In this document: piece after piece, positions 27,705-37,769 of the stretch
Position numbering within the stretch: the stretch's first letter is position 1
Layout: every line of letters begins with the position of its first letter
Assembly (NCBI GenBank): GCA_964499705.1
Contig: CAZCME010000001.1
Coordinates: 385,243 to 449,242, forward strand
Source: an uncultured bacterium
GTDB lineage: Bacteria > UBA8481
DNA: 64,000 bases
Reading direction: 5' to 3'
The notes under the pieces: model-generated
Database searches by the model: none
What the model saw: only the letters and a program-made list of their open reading frames with translations
What the model was told of the DNA's origin: nothing
Made by a program: the position numbers and the translations under genes

Positions 27705-30652
27705 CAGCGAAGGAGTTCGAAGTAGCGGCGGACGATCTCCCGCATCTCGGGAGGAACGGAATCAGGATCGTTCTCGATCTCCTCCAGGAGTTCCGCGATC
27801 GTCTCGCGCGCGGACGTCGTGTCGCGGATGGATTCCAGGAGATCGACGAGCCGGCCGAGCAGATCCACGAGCGCGCCGCTGCCGCCCGCGTTGATCGTGC
27901 CCCCGGGGTTTCTTCCCGAAGCCTGACGGATCTGCCGCGCGAGGTCGCGAAGTTGTTCCGCGAATTGCCGATCCTGGCGGCGATTTGGCGCATTTGCTCC
28001 GCCCGCCATGCTCCCGGGCCTGTCTTCATCGGCCTGCGGCTGCAGGGATCCCGATGGCCCGGATCGTTCATCGCGAGCGCTTCGATTGCCGGTCTGCTGG
28101 TTGCCGCTCTGCTGGTTGCCGCTCTGCTGGCTTCCGGGATCCTGACTGCCGTTTCTCTGATCACGAGAACCTTGATCTCCCGGCTGATCAAGGTTCCGGT
28201 TCCCCGAAGCGCTCCCGCCGGACTGATCCTCGGGATTCCTCGATCCGCCCGACCCGTTCCTCCCGCCTCGCCGGTCGTTGCGATTTTCTCCTGCCGAGCC
28301 GTTTTCATTCCGGGCTTCACGTCCTCCGCGCGCGTCGCCCCGCTGCTCTTCTCCCCCCGTGCCGCCGCCGGATCGCGCCCGCTCCTCTCCACCAGCGTTA
28401 CCCTGCGCGCGCCTTTCTTCGTCCCGTGCGGATTCGCTTCCCGTAGTGCCCGGGCTATCCGCGTTCGAGCTTCCCGTCCGAGTCCCATCCTGCGCTTGCT
28501 CTCCGGATGACGAGCCCGACCCCTCCATGCCCTGCGCCATCCGCTCGACGTCGTCGGCGAGATTCTTCAGATCCTCCGGCGCCGCGTTTCCGTTCTTCAT
28601 CATCTCCCGGGCGCGATCCATCAGTGATTTCGCGTCCTGGGCGGTCTCGGAATTTTTCCGCTCGCCGCTGGCCGCCTGCCGGGGCGCGCTGTCCACGGGG
28701 AGATTTTCGAACTGCTCGTCGAGCGCCTGTTCCATCTGCCTCGCCTTCGGGCTCGCGGATTGCGAGATGAGCGTGAGTATGCTCTGAAAGGCCTTCATCA
28801 GGTGATTGAGCGCCGACCGTTCCGAGCTCAGTCCCTCGATACCCCGTCCACCGTTCAGGCGGTCGCGGGCGCGCGCCATGTCGTCCGCGGCTTTCTCCGC
28901 GTCGTTGAAGATCTGATCGATGACTTCTCGGTTTCTGTCGAGCGGGTCGTTGGTCTTCATTACTTCACGAAGTTCCTGCAGCTCGGCGTGCAGATCCGCG
29001 CGGACCCGCTCCTGCTTTTCGGAGGCCTCGCTCATTTCCTCAGGACCGTGGCCGAGCGATTCTGTCGTGCGAGTGATGACGTTCTGTTCGAGAGCGATGA
29101 ACTTCTTCAGCGCGGGCATCAGGGCTTCGATGCCGCCGGGCATCGTATGTGCGAAGCGATAATACCGCTCGAATGCCGTGATCTGGACCATCCGCTCCCG
29201 GCTCGTCGATCCGCCCGCGGCATCCGTTCCCTCCACGCGGATGTGGACCGCGTCTCCGATTTCGAGCGAAAACTCCTCGAGCGGAAATACGAACGAAGCG
29301 GCTGCCGTTTCACCTCTTCGGTCCAGTTTTCTCCACTCCGCCTCGGTCTCCTCGGCGACCGCCACATACACGTTGATTCCCGTCAGTCCGTAATCGTCCT
29401 TCGCCACGATGTCGAACGGGATCTCCTCCGTGGCGACAGCCTTGACGGTTCTGCGGGGCGAGAGAATCTGCAGAACCGGCGGTCGATCCTCGATGACGAT
29501 CATCCGGATATCGCGATGCGCCCGCGCGCTCGCGCCCCGCTCGAAAAATCCGTCGCGGCCATCGAGGTGAATATCCAGAGTGCAGGATTCCTCCGCGACA
29601 AAACTTCCCTCGGCGCGGCTTCCTTCATGGCTCATCGGCAGGATCGTTTCCGTGTCGGACTCGAGGACGATCCGAGCACCGGCCAGCGCGCGGTCGGCAG
29701 TCACGATCACCTCAACCCGTGTACCGCGCAAGAGGCGGATTTCTCCGGGATCGAGAAGCTCTTCCGCAGTGCGACCGGTATAGGCCGGCGCTTGGAGGCG
29801 CAGGGTGAGGCCGGCGAGCGACGGGGGCACAAGGCATGTGATCTTCTTCGGATACGTGCGCGCGTCGCCCGCCGCGATTTCATAGCCGAAGTTCGCGTCC
29901 ACGCGGAGTATCCGCGCCTCGAAGATCCGTTCCGCGGTGTCGCCCCGCGCCACGTCCATCGGGATCCGCGTCACGAGCCCAGTTTCATCCGTCATGAGGA
30001 GTATCGCATCGGGAGGAAGAACGCCGGTTGTCGTCGCGCGAATCAGGAGAGAATCTCCGCGCGTGACGACGGCGTCCCCGGGATCCACGCGGATTCTTGT
30101 TGATGTCGCGGCATCGATCGGCGCCGTCGGGAAGAGAACCCTCAGCGTGTGGCGCGCGGACGCATCGGGATCGAGGGCGAATAAGACAAGCGAGATCGCC
30201 GTGACGAGGAGGATCGCACGCATGATGCGGACAAGCGGCGAGCGGTCGATCGTGCCGATCGCGTCGTCGCCGATCGTCCGCGCGGCGTCGCTGATGACTT
30301 GTCTCGTATAATCCGCATCGCCCCGCGCGCGGCCCGCTTCAGCCTCCACGCCCGTCAGGAAGAGGCTCTTCAGATTCTTCCGGGCTCGCTCCACGAAACT
30401 CGCCGCGTCTGTTTCGCCCGCCAGGGGCCGGAAGCGGTGGATGAGTTTGCGCCAGGCGGCGACGGCGGACGCGATCATGATAACCGCCAGCACACAACGG
30501 GCGCTCCGGTTGAATCGGAAGGAGTAGTCGAGCATCCCGAGGGGAATGAGCGAAAACGCCAGGGCCGCGAACGTGCCGGCCATGACGATGCGCAGGCTGA
30601 TCGACCGGGAGGTCCGCGTGAGATCCCGCGCGATATCGAGCGGACTGCTCAT
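27704..30652 (-). CDS. Large membrane protein with Ig-like domains, coiled coil and Q/G/S/N-rich linker (DUF4175-like)
   Basis: ATG 30652 overlaps upstream TGA; three TM helices; DRPPVL, AKDDYGL; C-terminal VPPEMREIVRRYFELL. Confidence 0.75.
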   Translation of the reverse strand: MSSPLDIARDLTRTSRSISLRIVMAGTFAALAFSLIPLGMLDYSFRFNRSARCVLAVIMIASAVAAWRKLIHRFRPLAGETDAASFVERARKNLKSLFLTGVEAEAGRARGDADYTRQVISDAARTIGDDAIGTIDRSPLVRIMRAILLVTAISLVLFALDPDASARHTLRVLFPTAPIDAATSTRIRVDPGDAVVTRGDSLLIRATTTGVLPPDAILLMTDETGLVTRIPMDVARGDTAERIFEARILRVDANFGYEIAAGDARTYPKKITCLVPPSLAGLTLRLQAPAYTGRTAEELLDPGEIRLLRGTRVEVIVTADRALAGARIVLESDTETILPMSHEGSRAEGSFVAEESCTLDIHLDGRDGFFERGASARAHRDIRMIVIEDRPPVLQILSPRRTVKAVATEEIPFDIVAKDDYGLTGINVYVAVAEETEAEWRKLDRRGETAAASFVFPLEEFSLEIGDAVHIRVEGTDAAGGSTSRERMVQITAFERYYRFAHTMPGGIEALMPALKKFIALEQNVITRTTESLGHGPEEMSEASEKQERVRADLHAELQELREVMKTNDPLDRNREVIDQIFNDAEKAADDMARARDRLNGGRGIEGLSSERSALNHLMKAFQSILTLISQSASPKARQMEQALDEQFENLPVDSAPRQAASGERKNSETAQDAKSLMDRAREMMKNGNAAPEDLKNLADDVERMAQGMEGSGSSSGEQAQDGTRTGSSNADSPGTTGSESARDEERRAQGNAGGEERARSGGGTGGEEQRGDARGGREARNENGSAGENRNDRRGGRNGSGGSRNPEDQSGGSASGNRNLDQPGDQGSRDQRNGSQDPGSQQSGNQQSGNQQTGNRSARDERSGPSGSLQPQADEDRPGSMAGGANAPNRRQDRQFAEQLRDLARQIRQASGRNPGGTINAGGSGALVDLLGRLVDLLESIRDTTSARETIAELLEEIENDPDSVPPEMREIVRRYFELLR
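28086..28130. repeat. 15-bp tandem repeat, about 3 copies, encoding QQSGN/QQTGN
   Basis: ttgccggtctgctgg-ttgccgctctgctgg-ttgccgctctgctgg. Confidence 0.85.
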
Positions 30653-32307
30653 GGTTTTCTCCGCGCCAGGAGCGTTTCGCCGAGCAGGAGTCCGAATGCG
30701 CAGGCGAGCGCGGCGGACGACCATTGCGCGGGATCATTCACGTTCGAAGCGGAGACCGAAGTGCGGCCCGCTTCGCCGCCGGGTCCGATCTTTTCCGCGA
30801 GTTCGTCGAGGCTCGCGCATTCGAGATCCGATTCCGCCGGTTTGAATTCCGGTTCGCGCGAGAGGATGCGCCCGTCCTGCCCGATCCCGAGGGCGTTCAG
30901 GGACTTCCGCAGAAGAATCGGGAACGACGTGGAGAGAACGGCGTCGGCGGATCCCAGGTCCGCTCCGAATGCGAAATGAAGGACGCGAAGGCCTGCCGGC
31001 GACTTGTTCTCGACCGCGGCCGGCTTTCCGTCGTCGAAAACGAGCAGTGCGTTTCCGGATCCGGCTAGATTCGAGCGGCGCCGCACACGGACGGCGCTGA
31101 TGCCGTCCACATCCAGCGTTCCCGCGCTGATTCTCCATGAGCCCGCAGTTTCTGCGACGACTTCTGGTCGGCCTGCCTGAAAGAGAAGCGCGCCAATGAG
31201 GCCGGGTGCCGCGAGATCTTCTTCGCCGGCCGCGCCGTCGCCCAGGAGGACCGCGCCCCGCGGATCGGATACCTCCACGCCGTTGATCGCCCGCACGGCC
31301 GCCGATAGATAGGGAAGCGCTTCCGGCGTCGCGCGTATGAGGACGGGGATGCGGCGGGGAGAAGCGACCGTGATCCGGGCGCGATCGTCCTCCTCCAGGC
31401 AATCGGATCCGGTGAGCTCGATGGAGAGAGGAATCGTATCCGATTCGCGAACCGCACCCGCGGAAAGGATCCGATCGCTCGCCGGCCATTCCCGTTCTCC
31501 ATCGTTCCAGCTGATCTTCCACTTGCGGCTCCGGACGGAAACGTCGCGCGAACCCGAAGGCTGAATATCGAGCGTCAGCATGCCGTCGAAGATGTTCGAT
31601 TGAATCTCCCCGATGCCGCTGTTGGGCGGAGCCGGCGCCATGAGGCGCGGCTCGAAGATCCACTGGACGGAGAGATCCTGGAAGAGGCCGGGCGCCACCT
31701 CGCGGAGCGAGCTCTTCTGCATGTCGGAAAGGAGGGCCACGCGCGCCGCGCCGCCCGAACCCAGGATCGAGGCGCGTGCCAGGACGAGGGCGCCGCCCGT
31801 CGATGTGCCGCCCGTTCCCGCCTGGATGGTTGTGACGATTTCGACGGCCCGCGCGGCGTCGGGCTCATTCTCGCAGAGCAGCTCGGCCTGCTCATCGAAT
31901 GCGATGATTGTGTACATCGTGCCGCGCGGAGAATTCTCGATAAGCTTCCGCGCCGCATCCTGCGCTTCCGCGAACCGCGACCTTCCTCCGACCACGGCGC
32001 GCATGGAGAGCGAGCGGTCGATCAGGAGCACGAGGCGCCCTTGCGTCTTCGCGAGCAGCGCCTGCTCCGCCGGCGGCGCGGGCCGTGCCCAGGCGACGAC
32101 GGCGGCAAGGATCGCGGCCGTCCGAAGAAAAAGAAGGAGCCATTCCACGAGCCTTTTCCGCGCGCGGTCGCTCGAATCGCGCTTCGCGAGAAACCTGAGC
32201 GTCGGCAGAACCTGCTTGCGGCGCAGGAGTCGCTCCACCAGGTGATACAGCGTTGGAATAAGCGCCAGCGCGGCGAGCGGGAGCAGCTCGGGACGGAGGA
32301 AGGTCAA
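30649..32307 (-). CDS. BatA-domain and vWA protein
   Basis: N-terminal FLRP..L..LALIP..YHL...PTLRFL...LLLFLR...ARP (BatA pattern); MIDAS IDRSLSM; LLSD; C-terminal TM. Confidence 0.85.
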   Translation of the reverse strand: MTFLRPELLPLAALALIPTLYHLVERLLRRKQVLPTLRFLAKRDSSDRARKRLVEWLLLFLRTAAILAAVVAWARPAPPAEQALLAKTQGRLVLLIDRSLSMRAVVGGRSRFAEAQDAARKLIENSPRGTMYTIIAFDEQAELLCENEPDAARAVEIVTTIQAGTGGTSTGGALVLARASILGSGGAARVALLSDMQKSSLREVAPGLFQDLSVQWIFEPRLMAPAPPNSGIGEIQSNIFDGMLTLDIQPSGSRDVSVRSRKWKISWNDGEREWPASDRILSAGAVRESDTIPLSIELTGSDCLEEDDRARITVASPRRIPVLIRATPEALPYLSAAVRAINGVEVSDPRGAVLLGDGAAGEEDLAAPGLIGALLFQAGRPEVVAETAGSWRISAGTLDVDGISAVRVRRRSNLAGSGNALLVFDDGKPAAVENKSPAGLRVLHFAFGADLGSADAVLSTSFPILLRKSLNALGIGQDGRILSREPEFKPAESDLECASLDELAEKIGPGGEAGRTSVSASNVNDPAQWSSAALACAFGLLLGETLLARRKP

Positions 32308-33119
32308 GGTGTGGGGAGACCCCAGAGATGGAGGAGCGAGACGAAGCGGTCCGGATCCTCATAGCAGGGCCAGTAACCGGTCGGCCGGTTGGACGAACGG
32401 ACCTGGATCGGCATCGAAAGTCTTTTCGCGCGCAAGGTGAATATATTTTCGAGCTGTTGCATTCCTTCCGTGGATCGCCCGAGCGCCTTCAACACCTGAG
32501 CGAGGTAATATCGCCCTTCAAACAGAGCCTCCACATCGTTGGAGGGATAATTGAACGGCGCGAAATTTTCCGGCATATCCCGGATCGATTCTTCCAGCTC
32601 GACCCGCGCTTCTTCAAGCCGACCGAGGCGAAAGAGCGCGGCTCCGCGATAGGCGCGATGAGACGCCGCCTGCTTGTCCGGATCGTCGGCGTCGGCGAGA
32701 TCGAGATGATCGAGCACCTGCTGCGGATCGCCGCCGGTCCGGACGAGCAGGACGGCGAGATTGAAATGCGCGTGCCCGAAGGATGGCAGGACGGCGAGGG
32801 CGTTCTCGAAATCGCGCCGGGCTTCTTCGTTTCGACCCAGGCGCATCAGGATGATTCCTCGATCGGAAGGAACATATTGCGGCGTCGCGTCATCCACGTT
32901 CAATTCGATCATCTTGTCGTAGACCGCGAGAGATTCCTCATTGCGCCCCATCTGGTACAGCGACAGGGCGAGGCCGAAATATCCGAGCGGATTGGCGGGA
33001 TCGTTCCGGATCGCCTCCCGCGAGGCGACGGCGCGCGCAATGTCGCCCTGCCGGTCGATCATCGCGTCGTCGAAGGTCGCTCCGCCGAGCGCGATCGCGA
33101 GGACGATCGAAGCGATCAC
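32304..33119 (-). CDS. TPR protein, probably exported
   Basis: Tandem TPR-like repeats; hydrophobic N-terminus; overlaps both neighbours by 4 nt. Confidence 0.8.
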   Translation of the reverse strand: MIASIVLAIALGGATFDDAMIDRQGDIARAVASREAIRNDPANPLGYFGLALSLYQMGRNEESLAVYDKMIELNVDDATPQYVPSDRGIILMRLGRNEEARRDFENALAVLPSFGHAHFNLAVLLVRTGGDPQQVLDHLDLADADDPDKQAASHRAYRGAALFRLGRLEEARVELEESIRDMPENFAPFNYPSNDVEALFEGRYYLAQVLKALGRSTEGMQQLENIFTLRAKRLSMPIQVRSSNRPTGYWPCYEDPDRFVSLLHLWGLPTP

Positions 33120-34018
33120 GCGCTGGCCCTGGCGCGGGCGCGCCTGCGCTGCAATTCGATGAGCACTCCGCGCAGATCCTCGGTGCTCCGGATCAGGCGG
33201 TGATCTCCGCCGCGCTCCTGGATGATCCTGCGGACGCGGTCGATGTGCAGGTAAAGAGCGCGGAGATACTCGTCTCGTATTTCGTCCGGCCGCGTGTCCA
33301 TTTCATCGCCGGTTTCCGGATCCCGGTATCGCATCATGCCGTGGCCGTCGAGGTCGAGCTCCGCGCGGTCGATGAAGTGGCACGCGATCAGGTCGCCTCC
33401 TCGTCCGCTCCAGTTCCTCAAGGCGCGGGCCAGGTCGTCGAGCGAGCAGAGGAAATCCGAGCAGAGGATAAGGAGCCTCCCGCCTCGACCGTCACGGTTG
33501 CGCCGTTCCACGGCGCCCGCGAGCGCCAATTCGTCCGCGGCGTTCGCGGATTTCGAGGACCCAAGATATTCGAGCGTCTTCATGATCGCGATCCGGTGCG
33601 CGGGCCCGCGGCGGCAGGGGAGCGACGAACCGGAGTGGAGCGCGTCGATGCCGTAGGAGTCGCCGGTGCGTTCGCACAGCAGCGCGAGCGTCGCCGCCGC
33701 CAGCGCGGCGCGCTGCAGCTTCGTTTCCGGTGATCCGAAATCCATGGAGCGGGAATCGTCGATCACGATGGAGACCCGGCGCGAAACTTCCTGCTCACGG
33801 AGCCTGACGTACAACCTGTCCGTCCGCGCGTACACGCGCCAGTCCACATTGCGGAGCGGATCGCCCTGGCGATACGGCCGGTATTCCGCGAATTCCGCAC
33901 CTTCTCCCCGGATCCGCGAGCGATGACTGCCGAGGTGAACTCCGTCGACCAGCCTCCGCGCGCGCAGCGGGAACGGCGGAAGGACCGGCGGCGAAAAGCC
34001 TGGAAGATCGGGGCTCAT
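33116..34018 (-). CDS. DUF58 family protein
   Basis: G.HRSR..G.G.EFAEYRPY..GD..R.VDWRVYAR, IDDSRSM, SDF. Confidence 0.92.
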   Translation of the reverse strand: MSPDLPGFSPPVLPPFPLRARRLVDGVHLGSHRSRIRGEGAEFAEYRPYRQGDPLRNVDWRVYARTDRLYVRLREQEVSRRVSIVIDDSRSMDFGSPETKLQRAALAAATLALLCERTGDSYGIDALHSGSSLPCRRGPAHRIAIMKTLEYLGSSKSANAADELALAGAVERRNRDGRGGRLLILCSDFLCSLDDLARALRNWSGRGGDLIACHFIDRAELDLDGHGMMRYRDPETGDEMDTRPDEIRDEYLRALYLHIDRVRRIIQERGGDHRLIRSTEDLRGVLIELQRRRARARASA

Positions 34019-35001
34019 GCGGGAGCGGGAATCGCGTCCAGGAGGCGCCGGACAAGCTCCGAGGAGGAAACGCCTTCCGACTCCGCGACATAGCTGGGAA
34101 GGATCCTGTGCTGCAGAACGCCGTACGCGGAATCGCGGATATCGTCGACCGCCACGTACATCCGGCCGTTCAGCGCGGCGCGGACGCGGGCAGAGAGGAT
34201 GAGATACTGGGAGGCGCGCGGTCCCGCGCCCCAGGCGATCTGGGACTTGAGGTTGTGCGGACAGGACGGGTCCGCGGGCCGCGAAGCGCGCACCAGCGAA
34301 ACCGCATACGCGGCGATCGCCTCGGCGACCACGATGCCGCGCACGAGATCCCTCTTACCGAGAAGCTGCTCCGGCGTGATCACGGCCTTCGCCGGAGCGG
34401 GCTCGATCACGGGATCCATGAGAGCGATCGCGAGCTCCTCGCCGAGCTGAGGATACGGCACCTGGATCTGGAGCATGAAGCGGTCGAGCTGAGCTTCCGG
34501 AAGAGGATATGTACCTTCCTGCTCGATCGGATTCTGCGTCGCCAGGACGAAGAAGGGATCTTCCAGCTTGTACGTTCTCCGCCCGATCGTGACCTGGCGC
34601 TCCTGCATGGCTTCAAGCAGCGCCGCCTGCGTCCGCGGCGGCGTGCGGTTGATCTCGTCGGCGAGGAGCATGTTCGTGAAGACGGGACCCTGGACGAAAC
34701 GTGTTGAGCGCCGACCGCTGCCGACTTCCTCTTCGAGAACTTCCATGCCGGTGACGTCGGACGGCATGAGGTCGGGCGTGAACTGGATCCGACGGAACTG
34801 GAGCCCGAGCGAGCCGGCGACGGTTTTTATGAGGCGCGTCTTCGCAAGGCCAGGAACGCCCACGAGGAGCGCATGGCCGCCCGCGATCAGAGCGATCATG
34901 ATCTCGGACAGGACCTGCTCCTGCCCGACGACGGTCTCGCGCACCTCCGTCTCGATCCGCGATTTCAGTTCCGCCAGCTCGGCAATGTGCTCGGGGTTCA
35001 T
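34015..35001 (-). CDS. moxR: MoxR family AAA+ ATPase
   Basis: Walker A GVPGLAKT, RIQFTPDLMPSD, Walker B LADEINR, ATQNPIEQEGTYPLPEAQLDRF. Confidence 0.95.
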   Translation of the reverse strand: MNPEHIAELAELKSRIETEVRETVVGQEQVLSEIMIALIAGGHALLVGVPGLAKTRLIKTVAGSLGLQFRRIQFTPDLMPSDVTGMEVLEEEVGSGRRSTRFVQGPVFTNMLLADEINRTPPRTQAALLEAMQERQVTIGRRTYKLEDPFFVLATQNPIEQEGTYPLPEAQLDRFMLQIQVPYPQLGEELAIALMDPVIEPAPAKAVITPEQLLGKRDLVRGIVVAEAIAAYAVSLVRASRPADPSCPHNLKSQIAWGAGPRASQYLILSARVRAALNGRMYVAVDDIRDSAYGVLQHRILPSYVAESEGVSSSELVRRLLDAIPAPA

Positions 35002-37769
35002 GTTGTTCTCCTTTTACGATTCAGTAATGTGGCGAGGACGGCCCCCAGGATGGCCGCAGCGGCCAATCCGGAGATGATGAGGCCCCAGTTCGTCGCCGCC
35101 TGCTCCATGATGCGCGCCCCGAGAAAGACGGGCGCGGGAGCGACAAGCGCCAGAAAATCTTCATAGGTATCGGCGGGCATGTCTCGCTGCGGGAGCCGCA
35201 GCACTCTCCGGGCAACGAGAAATCCCGTCCCGCCATCAGTCGCCGCCAGCTCTTCATAAGTCGTCCGGACTTCGCCCGCGGAGTTGGATGCCGCTGCTCC
35301 GGCTGGAACGACGGACGTCTCGAATCCCGTGCGGTCCAGGTACGTCGTTTCCGCGAGAAGCATGGTCGAAGGGAGCTGGATCGGGAGGCGTCGCGGAGGC
35401 GGCGGCAGGATCATTCCGGAGAAGGGAATGGGAAGAAGACCGCCCGCGAGCGGAATCCGGTAGCGGAGAAATTCGCGGAAGGGAGCGGTCGCGGAATCGG
35501 AATTCTCGTTGGCGTAATCCAGCAGCACCGCGCCTGCATGCCGGGAGGCGATCTGCTGGCCGAGCGAGGAACGGTGCTGATCGGGAGAGCCGGAACGCAG
35601 AGCCTGGCGCGACTGGAACGCGGCTTGCCCCGTCAGGATCCGCGTCTCGGACACGACGAGCGCGCCGTTGTCCTGGATCGCGCGCCGCTCGATATCCACG
35701 CGGTTCTTCTCCGGAGGCGAAACAGGAGTGCGGACCAGCGCGCCGGAATCGTCGAAGATGACGAGCGCCAGCCGCCCTTCGTCCATGTTCGGCAACGTGC
35801 CATATTCCGCCACTTCCGACGTCGGATCTGTGAAGAGGTATCCCTCCGCGCCCGGGATGGCGACGATCGCGTGATTGAAGGCCCCGGGGCGCGGAACTTC
35901 CTCCACAACGTCGCCCCGTCCCGCGCCGATCAGAACGATATGAGCGCGGCGGCCGTGCGATGCGAGCGCTGAGACGAGAAGAGACGCCTTGTCCTTGCAG
36001 TCGCCGAATCCGCGCCGCACCGTGCCGGCGGGCAGGGACGGCTTGTACGAGTGCGCGCCGAGCGGTACGAAGACGTATCGGATCGACCGGCAGACCCAGT
36101 CGTAGAGGTCGGACTCGACATGCGCGGTGTCAACCTGCCCGATCGCTTTGGCCACGCCGCTGTCGGGAAGCCGCGCGCCCTCCGAGAGCCTCGAGTACCA
36201 TCGCCCGATCTCCTCCCACGTCTGCTTCTTCGCGATGATGAGGCGCGGAACAATCTCTTCCAGCGGCGGCGCCATCGGCTCGAAGGAAATGCCGGGCATA
36301 TTCTCGACGGCGACCGAATACGTGCGCGAGTAACGGTCCTCGGTCTCCTTCAAGGGCGGAAGCCGGCGCCCGGCGATCGAAAGTTTCATGCGCTTCGGAA
36401 CCGTGACGCGCACGAGCAGCCGGGTGACGGGACGCAGGTCCATGAGCGGCCAGTCGATTCCCGGTTCCGCGTTCACGCTGAATGTCCGCTCGCGCCGGAC
36501 GTATTCGATGTCGGAAATGCTCCCGACTTCCATCCCCGGCGGATGGATCGTCACGCTGCGCGGAGCGGTCTTCAGCATCATCTCCGCGGGCATTGCCATG
36601 GGATTTTCGAAGATGGCATCCTTGCCGATCCTGATGACCGTATCGGCGGCGTTGCCGTTGCGACGCACCTCCGCGCGGACGAGCGTCCACGTGTCGTCTT
36701 CCGTTCCCGAGATGAACGTGATATCGCCCGCGTCCCGCGCGCGCGCCGATTGCACGCGAACCACTTCGCGCCGCCGCTCCGTGATGTTTCCTTCTTCATC
36801 CATCGTGAGATCGATCATCCGGAAGAGCACGACCGCGTCGGCATCCGGCGCGTGCGAGGCGATGGTTGTGGCCGCTTCGAACGCGCTCGAAAAGGGATCT
36901 GTCGTATCCGCTACCGCGACAGCCCGTGTGCTCCAGGACGCCGCCGCCGCGCCGGTGAGCGGAGTCTGGAAGAGGCTCGTATCGCCGTTCAGATCCTGCG
37001 ATTCGGCCTGGGCGAAGTTGTTGGACTTGTACCATGTCGTGACGGCGGCGCGGAGCGTCTCCGTGAAGCGCGCGATCGGGAAGCCCTTCGAGGCGGAGAA
37101 TGCCGGAGCCAGAACGGATGGCGAAGCGAGCATGTTGCCCTGGTTTGCGCGGCAGAGAGTCACGAGAACGCACCGGGTTCCTTCGAGAGCGCGCCCAAGA
37201 GAGCCCGCATGCGGTGTGGCGGCGATGAGGATGACAGTGCCCGGGTATTGCGACACAAGGGATCGCAGCTTTTCGGAATCGAGGTCGGGCCCGGGCAGAT
37301 GCAACCGCCATTTTCCCCGGTCGGCCGGCCGCGCGGAAGAAGCGCTGACATCGGCGTGCCCGCTCAGGACGAGAAGAAGCACATCGCCCGCTTGATCGGC
37401 CGCGCTCGCTTCCTGCAACGCGGCCTCGATCGTCTCCAGCCGCGCAGGTCCGTCCGGCAGGCGGAGCCCGGAGAGCCGCGCGGCATCGGCGCCCGATGCG
37501 GCGCCGGGGAATCGTCCGTCCTCCAGGAGGAACCGGACCGCGTCGTTATAACCGATCGATCGGAGCGCCTCCACGGTCGCGGATCCCGACGCGGCGTATT
37601 CCGCGGCGTGAGTAAGATCGCCGCCGAGGCCTGTCACGACAAGCGCGCGATAGGAAGGAGGTTCGGGCCGGACGAGAACGAGCGAGATCACGAGGAGAAG
37701 AATCAGCGAAGCTGAACTTCGCAGACCGATCAAGGTTGCCCGGTTGACGCTTGCGTCGGGGATACGCAT
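34998..37769 (-). CDS. Fusion of a caspase/legumain-like fold domain, DUF3857-like domain and transglutaminase-like domain, with N- and C-terminal TM helices
   Basis: Transglutaminase triad GDCKDK / FNHAI / DPT; IRYV; N-terminal LVLSGH...LPGPDL segment. Confidence 0.8.
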   Translation of the reverse strand: MRIPDASVNRATLIGLRSSASLILLLVISLVLVRPEPPSYRALVVTGLGGDLTHAAEYAASGSATVEALRSIGYNDAVRFLLEDGRFPGAASGADAARLSGLRLPDGPARLETIEAALQEASAADQAGDVLLLVLSGHADVSASSARPADRGKWRLHLPGPDLDSEKLRSLVSQYPGTVILIAATPHAGSLGRALEGTRCVLVTLCRANQGNMLASPSVLAPAFSASKGFPIARFTETLRAAVTTWYKSNNFAQAESQDLNGDTSLFQTPLTGAAAASWSTRAVAVADTTDPFSSAFEAATTIASHAPDADAVVLFRMIDLTMDEEGNITERRREVVRVQSARARDAGDITFISGTEDDTWTLVRAEVRRNGNAADTVIRIGKDAIFENPMAMPAEMMLKTAPRSVTIHPPGMEVGSISDIEYVRRERTFSVNAEPGIDWPLMDLRPVTRLLVRVTVPKRMKLSIAGRRLPPLKETEDRYSRTYSVAVENMPGISFEPMAPPLEEIVPRLIIAKKQTWEEIGRWYSRLSEGARLPDSGVAKAIGQVDTAHVESDLYDWVCRSIRYVFVPLGAHSYKPSLPAGTVRRGFGDCKDKASLLVSALASHGRRAHIVLIGAGRGDVVEEVPRPGAFNHAIVAIPGAEGYLFTDPTSEVAEYGTLPNMDEGRLALVIFDDSGALVRTPVSPPEKNRVDIERRAIQDNGALVVSETRILTGQAAFQSRQALRSGSPDQHRSSLGQQIASRHAGAVLLDYANENSDSATAPFREFLRYRIPLAGGLLPIPFSGMILPPPPRRLPIQLPSTMLLAETTYLDRTGFETSVVPAGAAASNSAGEVRTTYEELAATDGGTGFLVARRVLRLPQRDMPADTYEDFLALVAPAPVFLGARIMEQAATNWGLIISGLAAAAILGAVLATLLNRKRRTT

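Noticed and set aside
27010-28488. 492-aa alternative-frame ORF overlapping the DUF4175-like and vWA genes
   Set aside because: Arg/Ala-rich low-complexity translation; both overlapped frames have proper motifs, so no frameshift needs to be invoked
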